Source of the DNA: Octopus bimaculoides
Taxonomy: Eukaryota
Length of the DNA: 53,355 nucleotides
Assembly: GCF_001194135.2 (NCBI RefSeq)
Contig: NC_068989.1
Coordinates: forward strand, 21,340,368 to 21,393,722
Direction of reading: 5' to 3'
The notes below the pieces were generated by a model. The model was not told the DNA's origin. It worked only from the letters and a program-made list of their open reading frames with translations, and searched no databases. The translations under genes were made by a program, and so were the position numbers. Within the stretch, counting starts at the first letter, position 1; each line of letters opens with the position of its first letter. Positions 11,801 through 23,029 of the stretch are shown here, piece after piece.

Positions 11801-12242
11801 GATAAAAAGAAAAAGTGCCAGGGAAGAAATAGCAAGATTCTTTAAAATTGATGAAAATGTGTTTATGAGGGCATACAAGAAAAGCAAAGTTGGGAAGATG
11901 ACGTAATTACCAAAATGCATAGGTAAAATGATGTATTGGGTAAAAAGTAGAAAAGCCATACAAAAGAGACAGGAACCAACTGAAAAAGAGATTCGTGAAA
12001 AGCAAACCAAAGAAGTTGGAGGAACTGATGCATTGGTTGTACGATACGTTCCTAGTACCAACGCCACTGCAGGTGATTGAACCCAGGTGTACAAGTGAGA
12101 GGAAAACAAAGCATGCAGAATTCCTGAAAATAGATACCAAGCGCAAAAAATATTAAATTGAACTAAAAAAAAAGGAAGTGGGAATGAATAAATGAATTAT
12201 TGCTAAATAAAATGATACTTCCTAAGAAAAAGTTAAAAGAGA

Positions 12243-12446
12243 TGTTGTAGGGAATTAGTAATAAAGGTACACCCCTTCCACGTGACGAATGGAATGACCT
12301 AGTCACTATAAGTAAAAAGAAATACGTGAAGGAAGAGAATACATAATAGGTGGTTCGAGAGATAGTCGTAACTTTACTGATTCTATTAAGTACACTGTAT
12401 ACCGAAGTGGGTGATATAATAATCCAACGTTAAAAGGAGTATAACA
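12243..12446 (+). repeat. 3' LTR (204 bp)
   Basis: Direct repeat of 9682-9881. Confidence 0.95.
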
Positions 12447-13460
12447 CCTGTATTGTCATTAATTAATTAATCAGTTTGTTGCTTGTTTGTTTGTTTGTTT
12501 ATTTGTTTATTTTGTAACTAATCTTTGGAGAGCTTTAAATTTCATTATTCTTCTCTCCTTCAATTAATGACTCTTTGAAATTTGAAGTCATTTGCAACAT
12601 ATATTACTGAAAAACGCTGTAGACTCACAAGCGCAAAGACCTTCTCTGTTGTAACTGTCTTGGAGCAAAAATCTTCTTTAATTGCATTGTGTACTAAAAC
12701 ATAATGAAAAGACTCCGCAAGATGTAGTATCAACTTAAACATTGTCTTGGTCAATACTGACCGAAATTTATGGTTAATTTTATGTAATGATGTAATGTAT
12801 GCACGTTTGTTTGCGGTTTCAAGGGCCTCATTTTTGTTCAGAGGTTGATGTGTTACAGTTAGTCTGCTTCTCTGTGTTTGTTTTCTCGGTATTAGCTTGA
12901 CCAAAGGGATCTCTTGGTTAGTGAACGATTAATGATTGAAGTCTTTTAGATGTGGTTGCACTACCGAATATAGTTGCAATTGCTGCATTTGTTTCCGCTG
13001 ATTGTCTTGTTTACTGTTTTGTAGGAAGGGACCCGATCAGAATTGCTGCAACAAAAAGGACCGTGGTACTAGAGTGGCTGGACTTTGAGCTGCTAAAATA
13101 TTTTATTGATTTAGCATAGTTATAGTTCTTGGAGAAGTAGAATATGTGGCCGTGATATGTTTGGAATTGCTATGACATTCGCTAATGACGCTTTTTTTAA
13201 TGTGCAAAGAGAATTCTATTCTATTCGTGTGGGTGGTGTGAAGTGCAACTTTTCATTGAAGTTCCGAGTTAATTGAAATTTTTCTGGTGGGTAGATTGTG
13301 TGTTAGAAGTAAGGCCACGATTTCTTCGCTAGTTCAGTTTAGTGGAACTATGATGTTAGCAGTCTTATTGCTAAATTAAGGTGATGGGGGAGGAGGAAAA
13401 TTGTTTTCTTCTTCTTTTTCTTCTTCTTCTCCCCCACCCCTCCTTCTTCTTCTTCTTCTT

Positions 13461-14290
13461 GTCTTTGCACAGCTTCTGACGTTGGAGATGTACTACAGTG
13501 TCAGCTGTTCAGTACCAGCGAACTCAGGTAACACCCCTTATTCTTCGAGGACCTTCGGGAGTATTCGAGCGGTTCCAAGCAGTACTATTTTCTGAAAGTG
13601 TTCCAGCCTTATTGCAGCCCCTATTTGTTCCACGTACTTTTCGAGATTTTTGCCCACTGTTCCCAGGGCCACCTTTTTCAGCGACCGCAACTGCTTAAAC
13701 TTCCAAGCTGTTGTATCCATCAACTTTTGTTTCTTCTTTATTGCATAATTTGTTGTCAGCTGGACATGCTATATCTATGATCCAGTATCGTTTGATTTCT
13801 TTCTCAATTCACACTAAGTCTGATTTCCTATTTTCTATCTCATGGTCGCACCGAATCATAAAATCCCATAGGATCTTTGCATTGATGATGTTTTAAGGTT
13901 TACGTTCGTACCACTTTTTTGCTCTGTCAAGTCCATACTTATTGCAAAATGTCAAATGGACAATCCTTGCTATATCGTCATGACGTCTCTTATATTCTTT
14001 TCGGGCTAGTGGCGTATATTGACTGGTAATATGCCATGCGATTTCACCATCTTGTCCACAAATTCTGCACTTATCACTTTCTGATGTGTTGTCTATTTGG
14101 TGTAATTCGTTCTTAATGTTTTCGCAGCACAGATTAGAGCCTCCGTTTCTGATTTTAAATCACTTTTAGTCATCCATAACCATCTTTTTCCTCTGTCTGT
14201 CTTATCGTCAACATCCCTATGAAATCGTTCATGCATTCTTTTCTTTATCCACCTATTTTCAGTTTTATTCATTCTCAAGACCTTGTACAG
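13461..14290 (-). mobile_element. R4/Dong LINE family 1, 3' segment (zinc knuckle, RLE, 3' UTR, GAA tail)
   Basis: KSDLKSETEALICAA, CRICG...HITS, KILWDF..CDHEI..RKSDLV..WIIDIACP, VALGTV..QKIVLLGTARIL. A (GAA)n tail lies at 13443-13460. Confidence 0.9.
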
Positions 14291-14300
14291 TGCCTTACGA

Positions 14301-14500
14301 TAGACAATTACAGGCCGAGATCCTGCTTGCTACTTATGTGGAAATAATTCACTGGGATAGACGTAGAGTCAATGAACGGACATCTGGAAAAAATGGAGTC
14401 CTGCCACATGAGCAGAAGAGTTGCAAGCGTAAGTGCAAGGGAATCAAGGATCAACTCCTGGTAGACAAAACTGTACTTAGAGACTGCAAGAGGAGGAAAA
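14301..14500 (+). mobile_element. Inverted RT segment of R4/Dong family 1
   Basis: DNYRP...[33 protein letters not shown]; about 85 percent identical to the reverse complement of 16095-16293. Confidence 0.9.
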
Positions 14501-15320
14501 CATTATTGTTAAGCAGGTTATGGGTCTAAAATTGTTTGGTTCATTTGTTTCTTCATTTTTTTGGAAGTAGGAATGTTACACCATTAACTAGCCATGAGGG
14601 AATTATACTAGGCTGTTGCAAAACACTGTTGCAAAGTTTTGTTAGCAGTTCATGACTCTCTGTGAAGGCATTCAACCAGAAGTTAGGAAGTCTCCTTTCC
14701 TGGAGACTTCCATTTGCTTGACCTCCTGAGAGTAAATCTTACATCCTCTTCCCTGATACCCTCCCACTTTTGCTCTTCTTAGGAGTTTAAATCTGTAGAT
14801 ATTCTATCAATCCAAAGAGCCTTTTCATTGTGTGTTTTTTATTCTGCCCAAATTGTATTCCAAAATTCCTGCACTTCTTTTGATGGGACACACTTTACTG
14901 TAACTGTAACTGTTATTTTCCCTATCTTCCTGTAAAAAGTTTTTCGGCTATTTCTTACCATGCTGTTGCATTGAAGAATCTAACGAGATTTACATACCTT
15001 GCTATGTGGGCAGCTTTAGCACATGCCTTTTGCCTAAGAGTTTCTATAGCGATATCGATGTCAAGTATTGTTTTCATATTATATTTCTATTCTTTAATTT
15101 TCGGATTTTTGTTGGTTTGATAGTCTTGTCAAACTTAAGGTCTTTTAAACATTCTATGTCAGACCTTAGTAGCTGAATTTGGTGTTGAATACGCTCTTGC
15201 CAAGTAGGCATTTTGTGGGGATGTTGTCGTTTTCTAATCTTTTCACCACATAGAATCGTTGAACTTTAAACTTGATGTAAACCGTACATCTCCCATACTC
15301 CGGTTCATCGCGATACCACT
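14497..15320 (-). mobile_element. R4/Dong LINE family 2 internal fragment (pre-RT region to start of RT)
   Basis: [68 protein letters not shown]. Confidence 0.8.
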
Positions 15321-15324
15321 ACAC

Positions 15325-17857
15325 CGAATTTGGGTGGAGTGTCCCATATGTAGTCAGCAACTTCCTTGTCTTTTTCTTTAAACTGTTTAGGTCGACTACT
15401 GACCAAACGATTACCCCTGCTCCCTATCTACAGAGTGAAACTACCCGGGTGTTGATAGCTTCGATCTTATTCCGTCTGTTTAATTTCGACTCAGTCTGCG
15501 CAAGTAATCCGCCTTAAAATTTTCTGTCATTCCTTTTTCCATCAATTTATCCATTTCCAAAATACCTAAGTACTTATAGCCCGTTTCTATCTGCTTCATA
15601 ACCTCCCCGACAGTATCGTTAGCCCGTCCAGACAATTGAGTTTGCCTCTCTTCAAGACTAACACACCACACTTTCTCAGTCCGAACTTCATTCTGATATC
15701 AGTACTGAAGGTATACACCATATCAACAAGGGAACTGACTTGGGCTTCATCTGAACCATAAAGTTTGAGGTCATCCATAAATAACAAATGATTGACATTT
15801 TATTGGCGGCTTTTGAATACATACCCAGCATTTGCTTTCCTCAGAATCAATGTTAGTGGTATCATGCACAGTACAAAGATCAGTGGGGACAGGTACTCCC
15901 CTTGGAAGATTCCCCTCCTAATTTCTACTCTCCCTAACTTTCTTCTGTAAGCTGTCAGGTAGGTCCGTCCTCCAATTCGCCACACTTTTTCCAAGCAATC
16001 GCTCAACATTCGATGCAATACCAAATAGGTTCATACATTCCATAATCCAAGAATGTGGGATCATATCGTACGCCTTACGACATGGCTAAGTTACTTTTCC
16101 TTCTCTTGCAGTCTCTAAGGACAGTTTTGTCTATCAAGCGTTGATCCTTGGTACATCTGCACTTACGCTTGCAACCCTTCTACTCATGTCGCAGGTCTCC
16201 ATTTTTCTAGATGTTCGTACATTGACTCTGCGAGTATTCCAGTCAATAACTTCCACATAAATTGCAAACAGGATATCGACCTGTAATTGTCTACTGCATT
16301 GCTGCCTTTTTCGAATGTTTTAGTAGCACTGTCCTACCCAATGTCAACCACTCTGGTGTTACTTGGTCGGCATTTAACAAGGTGTTGAGTTGCGCAGTTA
16401 TTCGTGCATGATATTCACCAAATCTTTTGATCCAGTAGCCTTGAACTCCATCTGGTCCCGGGGCCTTCCAGTTGCTCATTTATTTGCTGATTTCCTTCAC
16501 TTCCTTAACTGAAATTACTACTTCTGCCTGTTTTGGACAGACAACTGTTTGTTTTAATTCTTTCAACCATTCAGCATCCTTCTTGTGCTCCTTGTCTTTG
16601 CTCCAGATGTCACTCCAAAACCTTTGACTTTCATTGTTATCTGGTATCAACTTTTCATTTGTACACTTTCCATTTATTTCTTTATAGAATCTCTTCTGGT
16701 CTACTCTGAATAACCTATTCTGGTGGTAACCCTTCATTCTTTGGTCGTATCTTACCTTCTTTGCTTTCTTTGCAACGAGGCACTGTTTCAGTTTCTCCAT
16801 TACCCCTTTCAGGCCCTTTCTTTCAATATTATACTTCCTTTTCAGCACCCTGTATTTTTGTTCGCTTTTAAGCTCCCCTTTCTCTTTTCGGTCCAACACA
16901 GAGATTTCCTTCGAGAGCATGTCTAACCCTGCCTGTATTCTTCTTTTCCACCAAGGATCTTTTCTTTTGTCTCTCCCATTATGTTTCTTTTTATTTTATT
17001 TTTTTTTTGTTTTTTAACATCAGCACCCACGTTTTCTTCTACAGCAATACTTGCTACCTTAATCAAATTATTTGTTCCTTCGATGTTGTTTGTTCTGATG
17101 TATTTCAGAATTTCATTGACATTTTTCGATTCTTGGTTCAATTTCCATCGATCAATCTTTTTAAGGTTGCAAATAATGTCGCTATTGTTCTCCTGTAGTC
17201 TTGCCTTTATTCTGTCGTAGATTGCCTTTTGTTCATCTGTCATGTCGCCATTAGTTTTATTGTCTTTTAGATCATCTATATGTCTCTCATCAAGTAAACT
17301 ACCACAGCTCCTTTCCTGTGCTACAGGATTACTCTTATTAGTTAGAACTGTATTTTCATCGTTTCCTCTGCTGCTATTTTCCATGACCCGTCTTTTGATA
17401 GCTTCGAACTCTACTTCTGTGAACCAACAATTTTTTCTAATTGCTCTATCTTGATCACATAGTCTCTGTTCCGTGAGTTGAAACAATCCCTTTTCTCTCC
17501 AATAATCATACATACGTTGTCCGTAACCCTTAATTTGAGCACCATTTTCATCTTTCAGGCTGCTCAGGTTGTAAAACTCCATGATCACAGCATTAATTTA
17601 CTTGCTCCATCTGCGCTGTGTGTAGTGGTCCCTTTCATCGACCAGCAAGCCGGACCAGAATCTCTGAGCCTACCGGGTGCAACACTGTCACCATCATTGG
17701 CTTCAGTTTCATTACCACCGTTATTCACAATATTTTGTTTTTTCATTGCCATTCATATGATAAAGCGATTATCAGGTTGCACAATTACCAGTGTTTTTTT
17801 ATTGTGACACCATCACTAGATTTATCAGTCCATGGGAGGCTCCACCCGTTTCCTTTC
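15325..17857 (-). mobile_element. R4/Dong LINE family 1, 5' end through RT, frameshifted
   Basis: WKAPGPDGVQGYW, RRGIFQGEYLSPLIF, LFMDDLKLY, YKYLGILE, NKIEAINT..LHPNS. The apparent 5' UTR ends at 17857 next to TAA repeats. Confidence 0.93.
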
Positions 17858-18350
17858 ATTATTATTATTATCATCACTGATATCACTGAAATTATTGTTT
17901 TTATATATAGCAGCAGTAGTGGTGGCAGAAACAGCAACAGTAGCAGGGGTGGGGGTAGTGGTAAGGGTGGTAGTTGGGCCACATATTCCTATGCTAACAT
18001 AAGATTAGTAGTTGTAATATTAGCAGTTGCAGCATATTATTATCATTTTTATTTTTATCTTTATCACCATCACCACCACTACCATCATCATTATTATTAT
18101 TATTACTATTTCCATTTATTACTGAAAGCTTTTACTAAATGTTCTTTTATTTTCAGCTTTTGTCTTCCACTTGAGATAATCATAAATATGTGGTTGTTGA
18201 AGGAAATAGTTAGGTAGCAGCTTGGTGAATAGATCTATTCGGCAGATGGTGGGGAGATCAGCCCTAGAGAAAAAGAATCTTCGTGCCCTTATTATTATTA
18301 TTATTATTATTGTTGTTGTTGTTGTTATTTAGTTTTTGATCTGCACGTTT

Positions 18351-18441
18351 GGGTCGATGAAATAAGTACCAGTTACGCACTTAAGTCGATGTAATCGACT
18401 TAATCGCTTCCCCATATTTGAAACTTTGTGCTTCCTGCAGA

Positions 18442-18445
<4 letters not shown>
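18351..18445 (+). mobile_element. SINE family A, 3' half with (ATT)n tail
   Basis: gggtcgatgaaataagtaccagttacgcac..gtcgatgtaatcgact, followed by (ATT)n. Confidence 0.75.
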
Positions 18446-18502
<57 letters not shown>

Positions 18503-18513
18503 GCTGCTGCTGC

Positions 18514-18696
18514 TGCGGTGAGCTAGCAGAATCGTTAGCACGCATGGCGAAATTCTTACCGGTGTTTCGTCTGTCTTCATGTTCTGAGTTCAAATTCCGC
18601 TGAAGTCGACTTTGCCTTTCATCTTTTCGGAGTCGCTAAGTTAAGCAGTGAAATACTGTGGTCGATGTAATCGACTATCCCCCTCACCCAGATTTC
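18514..18696 (+). mobile_element. SINE family A
   Basis: agctagcagaatcgttagca...gagttcaaattccgc (B-box-like)...gtcgatgtaatcgac. Confidence 0.85.
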
Positions 18697-19277
18697 ATGA
18701 TGATGATGAGTAGGAGGAGAAGGAAGTGGAGGAGATTATAACTTTCATGATGAGTACATAGTATCGGCTACTACAATAATGGAAGTAGTGATTGAAGAGA
18801 GAAGAAAATATGCTGTGCCTTGTATTGAGATGGTGGGATCGATTGGTTCATAATCGAGGTCACCTCCGCAGCTAATAAGGATGATTGTAGTTGTTATTCA
18901 ACTCGTTGTTGCTGCTGTACTGAAGCAAAAGACGATATTAAATTGAGCTTTTACACGTTATTTTAAGGAGATGAAAGTCGTTCAAAATTTACTTCAATTT
19001 GTTTTCAATTTGCCCTGGCAATCATTTGTTCAAAACTGGGATAGTTTTTGCAGTAATGTTGTTTAATCACGATACATATACACCCCCCCCCCGGTTCGGA
19101 AACAGCGCTCAACCAGTCATTGACATGAATATAAAATCACTGTCTGTCCAGTTATGTTAATTACAGACAAGGGATTTGTTAACCATGATGTGAGCTTTCG
19201 TAGTAATATTAGTAAAGTAGCTTTTTACTTTCTTTATTCATATAGTTCTTTTGATTTTGTGGCATTGGTGAAGTTCT

Positions 19278-19311
<34 letters not shown>

Positions 19312-19314
<3 letters not shown>

Positions 19315-20210
19315 TACCAAAAACAAAAACTCTGCTGCCGAAGCGACTCGAAACATACACTCAGTTTATGGGGAAGAATGCTTGAATGAAAGAACTTGCA
19401 AAATCAGACGTGTAGATTTCAGCCTAGGAGATGAAAATCGAACAGGACGTCCAGTTGAGTTTGATGATAAGCTCCTTGAGGCATTACTTGAAGAAAATCC
19501 TGAATTATCAGTTGAAGAATTGGCAATGAAGCTTAATTCAAACCATACAACTGTTCATCGTCATCTTCAACAACTTGGAAAGGTTCCTAAACTTGGAAAA
19601 TCGGTGCCTCATGAATTGTCCAAAAGCAACCGCAAATCCCGAGTTGACATCTGCTCTTCTCTTCATTCTCACAAACTCATTTCACCCTTTTTGGATAGAC
19701 TTGTGACTGGTGACGAAACATGGATCTTCTATCGAAATGTTAAGCGTCGTAAACAGTGACTTGGTAAAAGGGAAAAAGATCAACCACAACCGAGAGGGGA
19801 ACGTTATGGAAAAAAGTTTATTTTCTCTATCTGGTGGGATTGCAAAGGAGTAATTCACTTTGAATTGTTACCACCTAATGCAACAATCAATGCTCAAGTC
19901 TATTGTCAGCAATTAGATCGTTTCAACCAAGCTTTGAAGAAAAAAAAGACCTGCCTTAGTGAATCGAAAAGGAGTAATGTTTCGTCAGGACAATGCGCGA
20001 CCCCACACTGCAAATATCACATCACAGAAGATCGAAGATACTTGGTTGAGAAAAAATTCATCCACCTTATTCTCCCGACCTTGCTCCTTCAGACTACCAT
20101 TTGTTTCGTAGTATACAGAATCATTTGTGGGACAAAACTTTCGCAAGCCTGGAGGAGGTGGAAACTGACATTTCAGAGTTCTTCGCTTTGAAACCAAAAG
20201 AGTTTTACAT
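19312..20210 (+). mobile_element. Mariner (DD34D-type) transposase remnant, TIRs not visible
   Basis: GRPVEFD, HTTVHRHLQQLG..VPHELS, LVTGDETWIFY, WWDCKGVIHFELL, RQDNARPH, YSPDLAPSDYHLFRS. Contains a stop and frameshifts, and is bounded by (GT)n and (TA)n. Confidence 0.92.
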
Positions 20211-20222
20211 TGTCCTTTCTAT

Positions 20223-20256
<34 letters not shown>

Positions 20257-20726
20257 ATCACAGAGATGGTCTTAAATGGAGTCTGTTTTTATTTGCTTGC
20301 ACTTTATTTTTTATATTTATGCTCTTGTATTTTTATATTATTTTACCTCCATTGCCTTTAATTTTTAGTCACTTTCATTAAGCAGAATTTATTTCATGTA
20401 TTTTTCTTCATTCGACTTCACTCGTATTACCCTTTTAGGTTCTATCACCTTTTATTCGTGTATATGTGCATATTTTATCCTATTGGATTTTACCATTGGG
20501 CACCCTATTATCTTGATATATATTTATATTCGATTTTTTATAATTTGGGAATGATATAAAGTTGTTTTGAACGATTGAAATGTTTATTCATTATACCTTT
20601 CAATCTATTTCTCCTTTCGCCACGGTGTCACCTGAGCACTTCCAGCTGCAGTCCTAATTTTATTTTGCGCTTCTGTTTAAGGAAGTTATAAAATTATCCT
20701 CCCATATCTATCTATCTATCTATCTA

Positions 20727-20776
<50 letters not shown>

Positions 20777-20824
20777 CATACATACATACATACATACATG
20801 TATATATATACATATATAGATATG

Positions 20825-21027
20825 CATTTGTGTGTCCTTGTTTGTCCTCGCACCATCGCTTGGCAACTGATGTTGGCGTGTTTACGGCTCTGTAACTTAG
20901 CGGTTCGGCAAAACAGACTGATAGAATAGGCTTAAATTGAATAACTTCTGGGGTCGATCTGTTCAACTGAAGGCAGTGATCCAGCATGGCCGCTGTCAAA
21001 ATGACTGGAACAAGTAAAAGAATAAAA
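20825..21027 (+). mobile_element. SINE family C, 3' half
   Basis: ttagcggttcggcaaaa..gatagaata..ggggtcgat..cagcatggccgc..aacaagtaaaagaataaaa, shared with the copies at 27815 and 28164. Confidence 0.85.
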
Positions 21028-21075
21028 CAATATATATACGTATAGATATGTGGTGTGTGTGTGTGTGTGTTAGAA

Positions 21076-21395
21076 GGCGCGTGGCTTAGTAGTTAGGGCA
21101 TTCGGCTCACGATCGTAAGGTTGTCAGTTCAATTCCAGGCGACGCGTTATGTCCTTGCGCAAGACACTTTATTTCACGTTTCTCCAGTCCACTCAGCTGG
21201 TAAAAATGAGTAGTACCTGTATTTCAAAGGGCCAACCTTGTCAGACTCTGTGTCACGCTGAATCTCCCTGAGAACTACGCTAAGGGTGCACGTGTCTGTG
21301 GAATGCTCAGCCACTTGCACGTTAATTTCACGAGCAGGCTGTTCCGTTGACTGTATCAGCTGGGGCCCTCCTAGTCGTAACCGACGGAGTTCTCC
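21076..21395 (+). mobile_element. SINE family B (tRNA head plus CORE/Meta-like domain), full length
   Basis: A-box-like TGGCTTAGTAG, B-box-like GTTCAATTCC, then gtccttgcgcaagacactt..ctccagtccactcagctgg. Matches the reverse complement of 31786-32108. Confidence 0.9.
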
Positions 21396-22998
21396 TATAT
21401 ATATGTATGTATGAGCATATATATCTATACATATACATACATACATATGTGTGTGTACGTATTTGTATGTATGTATGTATGTTTCATATTTTGATGCATA
21501 AAAATCTTTAATTATTATTCCTATATTGTTATACAAAAACATATACGTATCTTAATACAATTACATACATGCATTTGCAGTTCATTTTAAAAGCTTCATT
21601 TCTCTCACTCTTATTTTCATGACTCAATTATTTGTCGATTCAATAAATGGAGAGTACACAACAGAATTAAAAGACAAGATAACATCGGTAGATTTTGCTT
21701 TCTAAAACAACTGAGTGGGATTTCAGTGACGTTTGGCTGCTATTTCTTGTTAGCAAATTTTATGTGTTAAGTGATTAATAATTATCGTTGCTTATGGAAA
21801 TTTTGCTCATGCCTCAGATAAGATAGATATCCATGAGCATTTTTCATTTTTTATTTATTGATACATTTTTCTTTCCTTTGTAATCTGATATGAAATAACG
21901 AAGGCATTCGCTATTTTCAGGAGATGCCATGCTGGAGTCGAAATAACAAACCTTTTATTGCAAACGCTCCTTTTTACCAACAAACGCTTTTAAGCCCCGA
22001 GTTATTCTGTTTAATGATTAAGTACATTTTCATATATTAGAATCAATTCAACAGATGAATGATGTTACATGTAATTAATTTTTGTCTTCGTCTATTGCTG
22101 ACTTTTGTGATGACTTTTTGTTACAATAAGTATTTGAACTCAAGTAAGTACTCCTATGTCATTAAATAAAAAAATTGTATTTACAAAAAATATGTAAGAA
22201 ATTAATTCAATCTGACAAAATGCTATTAAAATATGGCACTTATTTATTTCATACCTTTTAGCTGACACTCCTAACAACCTACGTTGATCTGTTCTTAAAC
22301 ATAAAATTAATAAAACTATAATTCATATACATATATTTACTTATGATTTGCTGTCATTTGAAATGAATTATATTTTTGTATTAAACCCGTAAATAATTAT
22401 GATTGTTGTGGTTTTCTGAGTTTTTTTTGTGTTTTTATTGCTATTAACTTTTGTTAGTTTTTGCTGCTGTAGTGGTTGTCGATGCTTTTATCAGCAATAA
22501 TGCTAAAATATTACTGTAAAGAAGAAAAACATGATTATCAATTAGACTATTATTATTCCATTAGTATTAATGATATTGAGTGACTTTACTGTATAAACAA
22601 AGACACCTTCGCATCACTTGAGTACATGCAATATCTTGTTATATTCAGAATACTCTACTGTACTAAATGTAATTATGTAACTGTCTGTATATCTATCTAT
22701 CTATCCATTTATCCATCTATCTATTTATCTATCCATCTTTCTAACTATCTATCTATCTCTCTGCCCCTATATATATATAAACGTATATGCGTGTGTGTGT
22801 GCATGTGTATGTATATGAGTGTGTAAATTAAAAGGATGAAAATGTGCAATTTAGTTTAAACAAGTGTAATCCTTTCAGACACATTAAAACACAAATAACG
22901 AATGCATTTCGTTTAAATATATTAAATATTTTTCATTTTACGCCTTTAGACCTATGTGAGAAAAATGAGAAGTCTTAGATTTCGTCGCATTATAACGG

Positions 22999-23029
<31 letters not shown>

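Larger units (their letters stand above)
9682..12446 (+). mobile_element. Ty3/Gypsy LTR retrotransposon (Mag-like), internally deleted and decayed
   Basis: Paired LTRs TGTTGTA...TATAACA, PBS-like TGGTGATGAGGA at 9883, purine tract at 12224-12242, 5-bp TSD CTTGT/CCTGT (one mismatch), and gag, protease and integrase remnants. Confidence 0.95.

Noticed and set aside
21076-21150. tRNA-like sequences at SINE heads (also 32040-32108 and 47370-47446)
   Set aside because: A and B boxes are present but no complete cloverleaf, and each continues into a SINE body, so they are not tRNA genes.
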